Virus record (IMG/VR): IMGVR_UViG_3300014060_000001
Span: 1-53,600 of that record
Strand: one strand, 5' to 3'
From: a virus
Taxonomy: Duplodnaviria; Caudoviricetes
Length of the DNA: 53,600 nucleotides
The position numbers and the translations under genes are program-made. How positions within the stretch are numbered: the stretch's first letter is position 1; each line of letters begins with the position of its first letter. Shown piece after piece: positions 45,035 to 53,600 of this stretch. Below the pieces are notes generated by a model that was given only the letters and a program-made list of their open reading frames with translations, was not told where the DNA came from and searched no databases.

Positions 45035-48000
45035 TTATCTAATAGAACTCCGATAGCCCACATTGATGTATGGCACAGAGAATGTTATGTTATCTTTATT
45101 TTCATACTCTAAATCTAGTATGATGTATTTATCTCGTATTCTACGTGCAAAGGACTGTCCAGGTTGCAGGTTATCGTTATCGAAAATGTCTACATTACTC
45201 ACCAATTCTGAAGTATTAACCCTGTCCTTTGGTATTACTGTATTGAATGTACGCTCTTTTCTTTTCCAGCTAATAGGTTGCCAATCAGTATTTTGGTAAT
45301 CGTTATATATTCTATAATTTGAGAACGTATCTTCATATTGATTTACACCGTCTAATAAAGAAGTTGAATGCCAATTTAATACGTCAAAGACTTTAGTACT
45401 AGAAAAGTCTTTTACAAATATATGTTTAATAGATGAATTATTATCTACTCCATAGAATTGCCCTCTTCTTACATTATCAGAATTATGCCTATAGATAGTT
45501 TCACTATCACTACTTGATAATACATTACCATCAAATTCAGGGATAAACCAATTAGGGTAGTAATACGTTTCTGTCAACTCGTCATAGCTTGTATAGTCTC
45601 CTGTAAACTTCTTAGTCATCCAATCATATACTAATATCCTAGTACCTACTTTAAATAAAGTCTCGTTTGATTTAAAATCGCTAACTGATATAGGATTAGT
45701 AGTAGGGTTAAGCTTTAGGAAGTTAGATACTCCTTGTGAAGTACTAAGTTCTTGAAGTTGACCGTTGTACATGTATATACAATTCTTTGGAGAATACATC
45801 CAATATATAGCATCTTCAGAAGTTGATATACTATACTTATCTACATTGCCTACTTCATTGGATATATAATCATATCTTTCTAATACACCCCCTGTACCTA
45901 AAGCTAATTGAGCACCGCTAGAGTCTGTAATAAGTGACCTATCATTTACCGCCAGTTTACCAAAAGCTAATTGAGCACCGCTAGAGTCTGTAATAAGTGA
46001 CCTATCATTTACCGCCAGTTTACCAAAAGCTTTGTCTTGCCAGAAGTATAACTCTGTATCTTTAGTCTTTAAGTCATTTACTCCACCGTATGCGGTATCT
46101 ACTTCTATAAAGTTATTAGGCAAAAATGTAGTCCAATTATCTTCATTCTCCCCATTACTTTTCTTTTCAGATGCTATAATTTTAGTATTTAAATCTACAG
46201 CATTAGAAAAATCTAAAGGATAAGAATAATACACTTCTCCAAAATCAGTATTAGAATAAACAGGATTATATCTATATAAATCTCCTACAGCTGTATCATA
46301 TAAAGTACCTTGGTACTCAATACCTTCAACTACCTTTTCTTGTAGCATCATACTTTTATCTTGATTTATATAATCAGTGGAGAATATGCCAAATTCGTTA
46401 ATTCTATCTAACCTATATCTTAAATCTAGGGATGTTTCTACTGGAAACGTAATTCTTTCTTGTACTGATTCTAAACTATTGTCAACATCATCCCAAAATA
46501 ATTGGTTAATAAAAGAAAAAGGTGTAGTATACATATCTCCGTATATACATTCTATAGATTGATTTAATAAAGGAGACCCTTCAATTTTATATATTTTAGA
46601 AAATGGTACGTATTCTGTATTTCTTATAGCAGAATAACTATTTCCTCCGTATCTAGTAGTATCTACATCTTGTATTAAAGATGCATACATAATATAATAC
46701 GGATTAAGCAAAGCCTCATCGTCGACTTCCATATCATTATCTACTTTTATAAATAAGCTAGAACATGCTCCAGATTTTAAAGTGCCATTAAAAAAATCAG
46801 GGAGGTGCGTTTGATTTAATATCCTTTCCGTATCTATATTTTTAAAACTCTCCTTTTTACCGTTTTGACTATGTTGAGGAGCAGAATAAGCATAATCTAC
46901 TATAGAATTTAAATTCTTTAAAGTATTTACTTCAGATGCCCCGATTAAAGAATTGTATTTTGAATCTGTTAAAAAATGTTTTTCGGTGCCATAAATTTTA
47001 CCACGATTTACTTTAGAATTTATAAAATTATACATCCTAACTTTATACTTATCTATGCCCCCTTCAATTGTACCATTATTATTAAATATTAAATCTGGAG
47101 ATATAAATTTAAATAATTTTTTATTTATAGAAGAATATTCTGCATCTAAAAATATAGAGTACCTACTAATAGGTAAAAATGGGGTTACTTTAGTAGGATC
47201 AGAATGTTGTACTTCAGTAGTACCTGTATATTCGCAGAAAGGCCTATGAAAATCTTCAGCGCCACGTATAGCCATGGTTTGTAATATACCACTAGCTTTT
47301 ACTGATTTATCAGCCTTAGTTCGTCTGGCTCTAACTACTTGCCACCCTGCTATACTATCATCTTGAGGTAAAGATTTTAATGTTACTTTTAACATTTTAA
47401 TCTTATTTTTAGTAACATTTCCTTCTACTACACTCATTTGTACTTTAGAGGAATCTAAAAGTTCTTCCCATAAAACATCTCCAATCCACTTTACAAAACT
47501 AGACTGTCCTTTGTTATTTATAAATCTTATACCAACTCTATACACTTCCCCGCTTTGACATTCTATAACATTATCCTCAAATAAAGAAGCTGTGTATTCA
47601 TTATCTTTGTTAAGTTTAGCAGATCCAGGATTTAAAGAATCTGTATCTATAATACTTTCTGCCTCTACAAATTCATATTTTACATTTTCTCCTTCTCCTC
47701 CTATTGACGCCCCATTTCCAACATGTCTGTAACCTCCAGATAAATCCCCCGCTCTAGAAAATAATGAACTGTTATAAATAGAATTATAGTAATTGACACA
47801 ATCAAATTGTAAAGGTACCCTCTCCCCTTGAAGAGTAAGGTCTTCATCAAAATCTGGATTGTTATTGTCTGTTACCCCATATACTTTAAAAGGAGTAGCC
47901 TCATTACTTCCATATATTCGCATAGTATAAATACCATCAGAAGTAAACACTTTAGAATAGTTACCACTATCATCAAATCTATAAGCTCTAGCATCCCAAT

Positions 48001-49015
48001 AATTAGTATTATTAAAATCATCTAAAACAGAACTAGTAAAAGATTTCTCTTTTACATTTCCTAGAAATAATATATTATTCTTACTTTCTATTGCTTTGGC
48101 ACTATATGTAACTTGTTTAAATGTAAGAAATTCTTCATATGTAAGTTCACCAACTACATTACCTATATCTAAACATGTAAAAATACCACCTGTTAACTCG
48201 TATTCACCTACTATATTTATTTTAGGAAGTGACGAGTCTTCAGATACATATAATGCTACTACTCTAATTCTATTAAAATCAGAACTTAAAGGATTTTCAA
48301 TTGTACCTATTTTTAAAGACACTGCCTTATTTGTATTTTCATCTTTTTCATTTCCACCTTCTAATTGTCCTGAATACTCACTTAATTTAACAGGGAAGGA
48401 TAAAGTACTAAATGTAGAAGACGTTCCGTTTACATTATAAAGTTGATAGGAATATCTAATTACCCCTGTTTTATAATTTCCACCAGACCTTAATATTGTT
48501 TGTATATTAACCAAAGAATTATTAATGGGTACTGCATCAAAAGCAGTAGCTTCTTTTCCAGTGTAATCTTTACTTAAATCTATATATCTAAATTCATTTA
48601 AACTGTCTGCCCAATATACTTTACTAATAGTGTCAGTCTCCTGCCTGCCTACTGCAACTATTCTATACTTAGGATCTAAACTGAAATTCAACTTAGAAGT
48701 TGAAGCTGTATCAGAATACTTTAAGCTAAGTGTATTATTGGAGTAGAGATAAATATTAGAGTCTGTACCATCAGTAGTGAAATATGCCACATCTCTAACT
48801 ATATTAGCATACCCAACTATCTTATGTCCTGCAGCAAATACTATACCTGATATCAACTCGTTACCTTTAACATTCACTAGTGCCCCTAGAGTATTACCGC
48901 CAGTTGGAGTTGCTGTAAAATTTGTAGCCTGTAAATATGTATTACCGTCATAGAACGCTTTGTCCATATCGGTATTAATACCACCACTTAGCCCCAGAGT
49001 TCCTATTTGTTGCAT
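45035..49015 (-). CDS. tail muzzle / stabilisation protein (crAss-like)
   Basis: 1326 aa beta-rich; GGINTD start, YSYQLY, GEVYRVGI, YGGNSYSA, YGDMY, RRIRDKY end; position after ring protein. Confidence 0.8.
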   Translation of the reverse strand: MQQIGTLGLSGGINTDMDKAFYDGNTYLQATNFTATPTGGNTLGALVNVKGNELISGIVFAAGHKIVGYANIVRDVAYFTTDGTDSNIYLYSNNTLSLKYSDTASTSKLNFSLDPKYRIVAVGRQETDTISKVYWADSLNEFRYIDLSKDYTGKEATAFDAVPINNSLVNIQTILRSGGNYKTGVIRYSYQLYNVNGTSSTFSTLSFPVKLSEYSGQLEGGNEKDENTNKAVSLKIGTIENPLSSDFNRIRVVALYVSEDSSLPKINIVGEYELTGGIFTCLDIGNVVGELTYEEFLTFKQVTYSAKAIESKNNILFLGNVKEKSFTSSVLDDFNNTNYWDARAYRFDDSGNYSKVFTSDGIYTMRIYGSNEATPFKVYGVTDNNNPDFDEDLTLQGERVPLQFDCVNYYNSIYNSSLFSRAGDLSGGYRHVGNGASIGGEGENVKYEFVEAESIIDTDSLNPGSAKLNKDNEYTASLFEDNVIECQSGEVYRVGIRFINNKGQSSFVKWIGDVLWEELLDSSKVQMSVVEGNVTKNKIKMLKVTLKSLPQDDSIAGWQVVRARRTKADKSVKASGILQTMAIRGAEDFHRPFCEYTGTTEVQHSDPTKVTPFLPISRYSIFLDAEYSSINKKLFKFISPDLIFNNNGTIEGGIDKYKVRMYNFINSKVNRGKIYGTEKHFLTDSKYNSLIGASEVNTLKNLNSIVDYAYSAPQHSQNGKKESFKNIDTERILNQTHLPDFFNGTLKSGACSSLFIKVDNDMEVDDEALLNPYYIMYASLIQDVDTTRYGGNSYSAIRNTEYVPFSKIYKIEGSPLLNQSIECIYGDMYTTPFSFINQLFWDDVDNSLESVQERITFPVETSLDLRYRLDRINEFGIFSTDYINQDKSMMLQEKVVEGIEYQGTLYDTAVGDLYRYNPVYSNTDFGEVYYSYPLDFSNAVDLNTKIIASEKKSNGENEDNWTTFLPNNFIEVDTAYGGVNDLKTKDTELYFWQDKAFGKLAVNDRSLITDSSGAQLAFGKLAVNDRSLITDSSGAQLALGTGGVLERYDYISNEVGNVDKYSISTSEDAIYWMYSPKNCIYMYNGQLQELSTSQGVSNFLKLNPTTNPISVSDFKSNETLFKVGTRILVYDWMTKKFTGDYTSYDELTETYYYPNWFIPEFDGNVLSSSDSETIYRHNSDNVRRGQFYGVDNNSSIKHIFVKDFSSTKVFDVLNWHSTSLLDGVNQYEDTFSNYRIYNDYQNTDWQPISWKRKERTFNTVIPKDRVNTSELVSNVDIFDNDNLQPGQSFARRIRDKYIILDLEYENKDNITFSVPYINVGYRSSIR
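45900..46031. repeat. perfect 63-bp tandem duplication (2 copies + 6 bp)
   Basis: units 45900-45962 and 45963-46025 identical, bounded by AAAGCT; gives AFGKLAVNDRSLITDSSGAQL twice. Confidence 0.97.
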
Positions 49016-49811
49016 AACTTAAATTTGTTTGATTATAAATTTCCTGTCTTTGTCCTGTATTAGAGAAGAATCCTGCATGTTCCCCCATCTCTGGTATTAA
49101 CCTGTTCCAAGTATTCTTAATAGATTCCATCATATCAACTGAAGGCATCATTGAATTACCGTAGGCTTGTTTAGAATAGTAGTTCCAAGACTGTCTAGCA
49201 TTGTAATATACTGCATCCCTAACTTGCCCTGCTGCCCATTTAGGGTACAATAACTTCATTGTTAAATACCAATATACTGCATCTTCAAATCCATGGTCAT
49301 CTGGCATATAAGGGAATCCTTCGAGATCTAATGGTATAGACCTATAAGCAACTCTTAAATACCCTTCTTTAATACTAGTATTTATATACCCAGGTTTAAG
49401 TGTGTATGTTAAGTCTTGATCATAAGATCTAATACTATCTATCTCATCTCCAGCAGTATATACTGGATTCAATGGGTCTGTATTGTCTACTTCAGTAGTT
49501 CCCTTAACCGTGTCGAAGTTACCACTAGACATACGCATAGCTATATAAGGACCTTCTTCTACATTAGCCATGGCTACTTGTATAATAGAATGTAGACCAG
49601 ATGGTAAAGCTGTTTGATGATTTACTACTTCTAAAGCAGGTTCGCCTCCTTTACCAGATACTTTATGATCTAGTTCTAGGAATGCACCTATACGAGCTAA
49701 CGCTTCTGCTGACCACTCGATTAGGTCATTAATACGCAATGTATCTTCTTGCATATCGTTATCAGCTAAGACCTTAGCAATAACTGTTTTTATACTTACT
49801 CTATTAGTCAT
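48975..49811 (-). CDS. tail ring / tubular adaptor protein
   Basis: 278 aa; IEWSAEAL, YRSIPLD.EGFPYMPD, AVYWY; upstream of muzzle gene. Confidence 0.7.
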   Translation of the reverse strand: MTNRVSIKTVIAKVLADNDMQEDTLRINDLIEWSAEALARIGAFLELDHKVSGKGGEPALEVVNHQTALPSGLHSIIQVAMANVEEGPYIAMRMSSGNFDTVKGTTEVDNTDPLNPVYTAGDEIDSIRSYDQDLTYTLKPGYINTSIKEGYLRVAYRSIPLDLEGFPYMPDDHGFEDAVYWYLTMKLLYPKWAAGQVRDAVYYNARQSWNYYSKQAYGNSMMPSVDMMESIKNTWNRLIPEMGEHAGFFSNTGQRQEIYNQTNLSYATNRNSGAKWWY

Positions 49812-50274
49812 GTTGAAAATAGTTATAATCGCCAGACTGTATTATCTTAGCTAATCTACGTTTATTGTCCCTAGTAAAAACCAACCTGTAGTCTGTCTTA
49901 TGTTTTATATGTTTGTCTTTCTTAGACCAACTGAACCTGAATTTAAAGTGGTTACTGTGATCATTTAAATGGTATACCCTCTTCCCTATCTTATTAGTCT
50001 CTTCCCAGTTTATAGTTAAAGTACGACTATTGAAATTCTTAGGCCTCATACCCTTGATAGATATTTCCCCAACATTATAAGGGAAGATATATAATCCTCC
50101 TGCAAATATGTATTCCATTAGTTCTTTATAATACTCTTCACATATATCACGATAAGTTTCATAGGAGACTTGATAAGGCCCATCGCTTTCCTCTACTTCC
50201 CTAATGTAGGCTTCATAAAAATCTGGCATTGTATAGGGATTAACTGCACGGTTTTTGCCACGGCTAAAGTACAT
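49804..50274 (-). CDS. IHF/HU-like protein of the crAss structural block
   Basis: 156 aa; FPYNVGEISI, INWEET, NDHS..FRFSW..F.RDNKR pattern; conserved position between ring genes. Confidence 0.6.
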   Translation of the reverse strand: MYFSRGKNRAVNPYTMPDFYEAYIREVEESDGPYQVSYETYRDICEEYYKELMEYIFAGGLYIFPYNVGEISIKGMRPKNFNSRTLTINWEETNKIGKRVYHLNDHSNHFKFRFSWSKKDKHIKHKTDYRLVFTRDNKRRLAKIIQSGDYNYFQHD

Positions 50275-50278
50275 ATAT

Positions 50279-50905
50279 CTAATTTATATTGTGAGCACTA
50301 TCATTGGTATTATCATTAGGAGCTTGGGACATTATACCTAATTCCCCTTTAAGTACCATTTCCTTAAGAGTAGGTATAAGATCAGCAGGTATTGGATATG
50401 GAAAGTCCATATTAGCAAGTGGGGTAATAGACCTAATCACTTCCATTGGATTTTCAAATACTCCTCTAACTTCTATATTCTCTGGCTTATTAGTATAAAG
50501 TTTATTAGACTTTAAATACACAAAGGGTTCTTCACTAGTATATTTTCTATGCTGGCTCCATGTACTTCTCTGTTCGGTCATATACTGATACTCTTTACCT
50601 TCTAAATTACCTATCCAAGTAAAGCCGTCTTCATAATTACGAAATATAGTATTAGGCAACTCTATTGAGGTTACATACTTATCTGTGCCCGAAGCTACTA
50701 AAGAAATAGTAGGTATTACTTGTACATAGTCAGGATTAATAAGTTTACCTTTATCAAGGTCTTGCTTAATTAACTTGGCCCTGTACTGGTGTACCCAAGA
50801 CTCAACTTGAGTCTTTGGTATAGGCTCAGTCCTAACTGGTTCCCCGCCCCGTATCATTTCCAACAGGTCGGTAATTATATTATTAAGTGTTGTAAATTTT
50901 ACCAT
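50279..50905 (-). CDS. tail ring / head-tail connector protein
   Basis: 208 aa; WVHQYRAKLI, VRGVFENP, YPIPAD, C-terminal DNTND. Confidence 0.7.
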   Translation of the reverse strand: MVKFTTLNNIITDLLEMIRGGEPVRTEPIPKTQVESWVHQYRAKLIKQDLDKGKLINPDYVQVIPTISLVASGTDKYVTSIELPNTIFRNYEDGFTWIGNLEGKEYQYMTEQRSTWSQHRKYTSEEPFVYLKSNKLYTNKPENIEVRGVFENPMEVIRSITPLANMDFPYPIPADLIPTLKEMVLKGELGIMSQAPNDNTNDSAHNIN

Positions 50906-51564
50906 TATCTTTTACCTTTACGTCGTTGAAAATTAATATGTATAGCAGATTTTATTTCTGCCTTTTTATCATCTATTACATTCTTAGCCGAGTACTCATA
51001 CCTAGGATTAATCCATCTAGCAATAAAGAATCTCCTTTTACCATTATCAGTAGTCATATCTACCTCCCTACTCACTACGGTATTCAGTTTAGCCTTGTAT
51101 TTATGACTAACTAAAACAGTATCTTTCTTCACATCAAATGTGATCTCTAGGTGCTCTGTTTTGATAGGTTTAAGCGCTTTTAAGGACTTATCTTCGTTGT
51201 AGGTAGGTATAGATACCAGGGAGTCATTAGACACGCTTAAATCGACTATATTGACACTCTCTACGTCCTTAGCTTTAATCCTTAGATCTTTAATAACTTC
51301 ACTAGCCTCCCTCAATTGTTTTTGGATATAACTTAGTTTAGTAGAATCTAGTTTAGCTATTTGTTTTAACTCCTTATTAGTAAACCTCAATTCAGATGCC
51401 TCGGTAACTAATCTGCCTTTTTCATCCTGCCACTGGGTGGTAGTAGAGGTAAGATTAGTAGTTAGCCTATCAATTTCTTTGCCCCCTTTAAATTTAGATA
51501 CACCTAACCATATTGTAGATACTATTGCTAATAGAGATATTACATTTCTTATAGTATTTATCAT
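50905..51564 (-). CDS. membrane-anchored coiled-coil protein, possible Rz-like spanin
   Basis: N-terminal TM (VISLLAIVSTIWLGV), coiled coil, KRRFFIARW near C-terminus. Confidence 0.5.
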   Translation of the reverse strand: MINTIRNVISLLAIVSTIWLGVSKFKGGKEIDRLTTNLTSTTTQWQDEKGRLVTEASELRFTNKELKQIAKLDSTKLSYIQKQLREASEVIKDLRIKAKDVESVNIVDLSVSNDSLVSIPTYNEDKSLKALKPIKTEHLEITFDVKKDTVLVSHKYKAKLNTVVSREVDMTTDNGKRRFFIARWINPRYEYSAKNVIDDKKAEIKSAIHINFQRRKGKR

Positions 51565-51569
51565 TACTT

Positions 51570-53105
51570 TTAAAAATTAGTTACAAAGTTATACTGGTTA
51601 GAGGAAGGTATAGTAATACCAACTATATTAAATGTATCAACTCTTGCAAATACAATATTACTAGCATAGCTAATCCCTTGAGAATACATAACAGTTAACC
51701 CTCCAGATACTTCTATGTTAGACATGTAAATATTAATATTATGATTAGCTTCAAAAGATAAACTGCCTGCTATAATATACCCTGAGGTAGTATCGGCAAC
51801 AGTAGTTCTTTGTATACTAAAATTATTAAAATTTATATTATTAAAATGTCCTTTTAACAGCTTATACTTTTCAATGCTGGAAAGAGTTAAATTAATAATA
51901 GAAGTACTAGAAGTATCTCCTATTATAGTAACAGAACGTCCAACTGATGTAGATGTATCTGTTCCAAATATAACACACTCATTATTATTAGCAGTATCTA
52001 TATTTATATTAGCAGTGTAAGATCCTAATTTTATTACAACTTCGCATTCTTTATTTGGTAATACCATAAATACCGTACCACCAGAATTAAAAGTAAATCC
52101 ACTTAATGTAGATAAATCTATTATTACAATACCGTTATAAAATTTACTAAGATTTAAAAATTCACGGGTTAAACCTGCTCCTTTGAAAGTACGGGTTCCT
52201 GTGCCAAAATTAATATTTAATATTTTATCATTTAAATTAGAGTCCAAAGCATTAAAGTAATCCCGTATATCTTCGTTAGTTTCAGATGGTAAAAAGGATT
52301 TCACCGTACTGGATCTAGTATAGGTACTTACATTAGTTAATTTGACTTTATCAGAGGATGTCATTGCTCCAGCTAAAGAAATAGTAGCCGCATTCAAGAT
52401 TACATCAGAACCTGTACTAGAATTTATATTTACTGTACTTGCATTGTGAGTAATAGATAAATTAGTTCCAGTCGCCCCTCCTGAAGGAGTTGTCCAAGTT
52501 ACATCATAATTACTGGAGGTATTTTTAGAAAGTACTTGTCCAGTAGTTCCACCAATTGGAATTCCAACTTTATTTGTATTAGCTACTACGCTAGTATTTA
52601 ATGAAACTCTAGAATCCGTATAGTATTTATTTATAGCTCCTTCAGATAAAGAATCTGTATTAGAGATATTTACTAGACCGTTCAGCTTTTCCTTGTCAGA
52701 AGCATTCATTAAACCAGCAGATGAGGAAGTTGCTGAAGGTATAGAGTACTGATCAGATATATCAGATCCTTCTACTTGTATTCCTATCGTAGTAGAACTT
52801 ACCCCACTAGATATAATCCTAGGTCTTGTCCATTGCCCGTATTTTCTTACGTACGAATATGCTCCTACTGGAACTTCCTCTATTCCTGTAGAAGACTCTA
52901 TTTCAGACCATACTGCATTTCTCCTACCATACCTCTTACCATCTGATGGAGCGTCCACTATGTAGTTACCTAAATCAGTTATATCATTCTCAGTATGGGT
53001 ATGCATTAAAGGAGCTGCTCCGATGCTTGTACTATTTAGTACAACAGTACCAGTAAGCCCGTTAACAGACTGTACTGGTACATGTATAATTGTTGTATTT
53101 GCCAT
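51570..53105 (-). CDS. tail fibre / spike protein
   Basis: VQSVNGLTGTV, HTHT..DITD, DAPSDGKRYGR, ATSSSAGLM..DK (twice), GGTTGQVL; beta-rich C-terminus. Confidence 0.8.
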   Translation of the reverse strand: MANTTIIHVPVQSVNGLTGTVVLNSTSIGAAPLMHTHTENDITDLGNYIVDAPSDGKRYGRRNAVWSEIESSTGIEEVPVGAYSYVRKYGQWTRPRIISSGVSSTTIGIQVEGSDISDQYSIPSATSSSAGLMNASDKEKLNGLVNISNTDSLSEGAINKYYTDSRVSLNTSVVANTNKVGIPIGGTTGQVLSKNTSSNYDVTWTTPSGGATGTNLSITHNASTVNINSSTGSDVILNAATISLAGAMTSSDKVKLTNVSTYTRSSTVKSFLPSETNEDIRDYFNALDSNLNDKILNINFGTGTRTFKGAGLTREFLNLSKFYNGIVIIDLSTLSGFTFNSGGTVFMVLPNKECEVVIKLGSYTANINIDTANNNECVIFGTDTSTSVGRSVTIIGDTSSTSIINLTLSSIEKYKLLKGHFNNINFNNFSIQRTTVADTTSGYIIAGSLSFEANHNINIYMSNIEVSGGLTVMYSQGISYASNIVFARVDTFNIVGITIPSSNQYNFVTNF

Positions 53106-53139
53106 TTTAATTTATTAATTTTATTGTACTTATAGTATA

Positions 53140-53481
53140 CTAAGTTAAATAATACATCCATCCAAATACCCTTACACCTGCATAATATAACCAATACAAT
53201 CTGAATTGGTGTTTTTTAAGTAGGTATAAGAACCATCTGTCAGCTACTAACTGCTTTAACCCTATTACTTTACCATATTGATATAACGCATCGTGTACTA
53301 AACTAGCATAATATGTTTTAGATGTATCAGGAACTCCAGTACAACCATCCCATGCATACCCTTTTTTAATTGTACAGTGTCCGTATTCACATGTAAAATA
53401 AGCAGTTATAAGATGTTGTCCAGTTAGTTCTGGTACATATAATTTATAATCCTCTTCTAATACATATTTATACTTTCCCAT
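53140..53481 (-). CDS. DUF1353-like protein
   Basis: GYAWDG, ASLVHDALY, ADRWF, YAGVRVFG. Confidence 0.75.
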   Translation of the reverse strand: MGKYKYVLEEDYKLYVPELTGQHLITAYFTCEYGHCTIKKGYAWDGCTGVPDTSKTYYASLVHDALYQYGKVIGLKQLVADRWFLYLLKKHQFRLYWLYYAGVRVFGWMYYLT

Positions 53482-53599
53482 TTTCTATAAATGCATTTAA
53501 ATCGTCTAATTTATAAAATTTCACGTTAAAATCAATACGCTTGTTCGGTGCTTCTGTGTTCCAACTTTCAATAACTGCATCAAGCAACATTTCGCCTTC
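53468..53599 (-). CDS. 3' end of a gene entering from beyond the window
   Basis: open frame ...EGEMLLDAVIESWN...FIENGKV* overlapping the next start codon. Confidence 0.6.
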   Translation of the reverse strand, partial: EGEMLLDAVIESWNTEAPNKRIDFNVKFYKLDDLNAFIENGKV

Positions 53600-53600
53600 T

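Noticed and set aside
45900-46031. CRISPR array or diversity-generating retroelement repeat
   Set aside because: Two adjacent identical copies with no spacers, no adenine-specific mismatches and no reverse transcriptase in the window
23717-51114. Numerous short + strand ORFs inside the structural block (and - strand ORFs in the left block)
   Set aside because: Antisense shadows of long genes with Ser/Leu/Phe-rich composition and no independent start context
1-53600. Stop-codon reassignment (TAG or TGA), known in some crAss-like phages
   Set aside because: Very long ORFs are intact in the standard code and TAG ends several genes at sensible positions (5103, 13902, 19508, 22195, 22516); no suppressor tRNA seen

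Overview
AT-rich segment of a crAss-like (Crassvirales-type, probably Bacteroidota-infecting) phage genome, read in the standard genetic code. There are two convergent blocks. The + strand block (1-22195) carries small early/hypothetical genes separated by many structured intergenic elements, a metallophosphoesterase, an M23 peptidase and a replication/recombination module (family A DNA polymerase, DnaB helicase, AAA_24 ATPase, SSB-like protein, primase, two PD-(D/E)xK nucleases, AAA ATPase). The - strand block (22516-53600) carries virion genes: tail fibre, ring and muzzle proteins, an IHF-like protein, cargo proteins and a 4512-aa protein with a zincin motif and a DxDxD virion RNA polymerase. 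Features the ORF track misses or mis-calls: two group I introns (8786-9724 in polA, with a LAGLIDADG endonuclease; ORF-less 12251-12509 in dnaB), a D-armless tRNA-like element (6130-6186) directly behind a three-way-junction RNA, a cluster of other candidate ncRNAs, an apparently inactivated DNA ligase homologue, repeated xxGG motifs in a cargo protein and a perfect 63-bp in-frame duplication in the muzzle gene. All protein calls come from motif recognition by eye; no searches were run.
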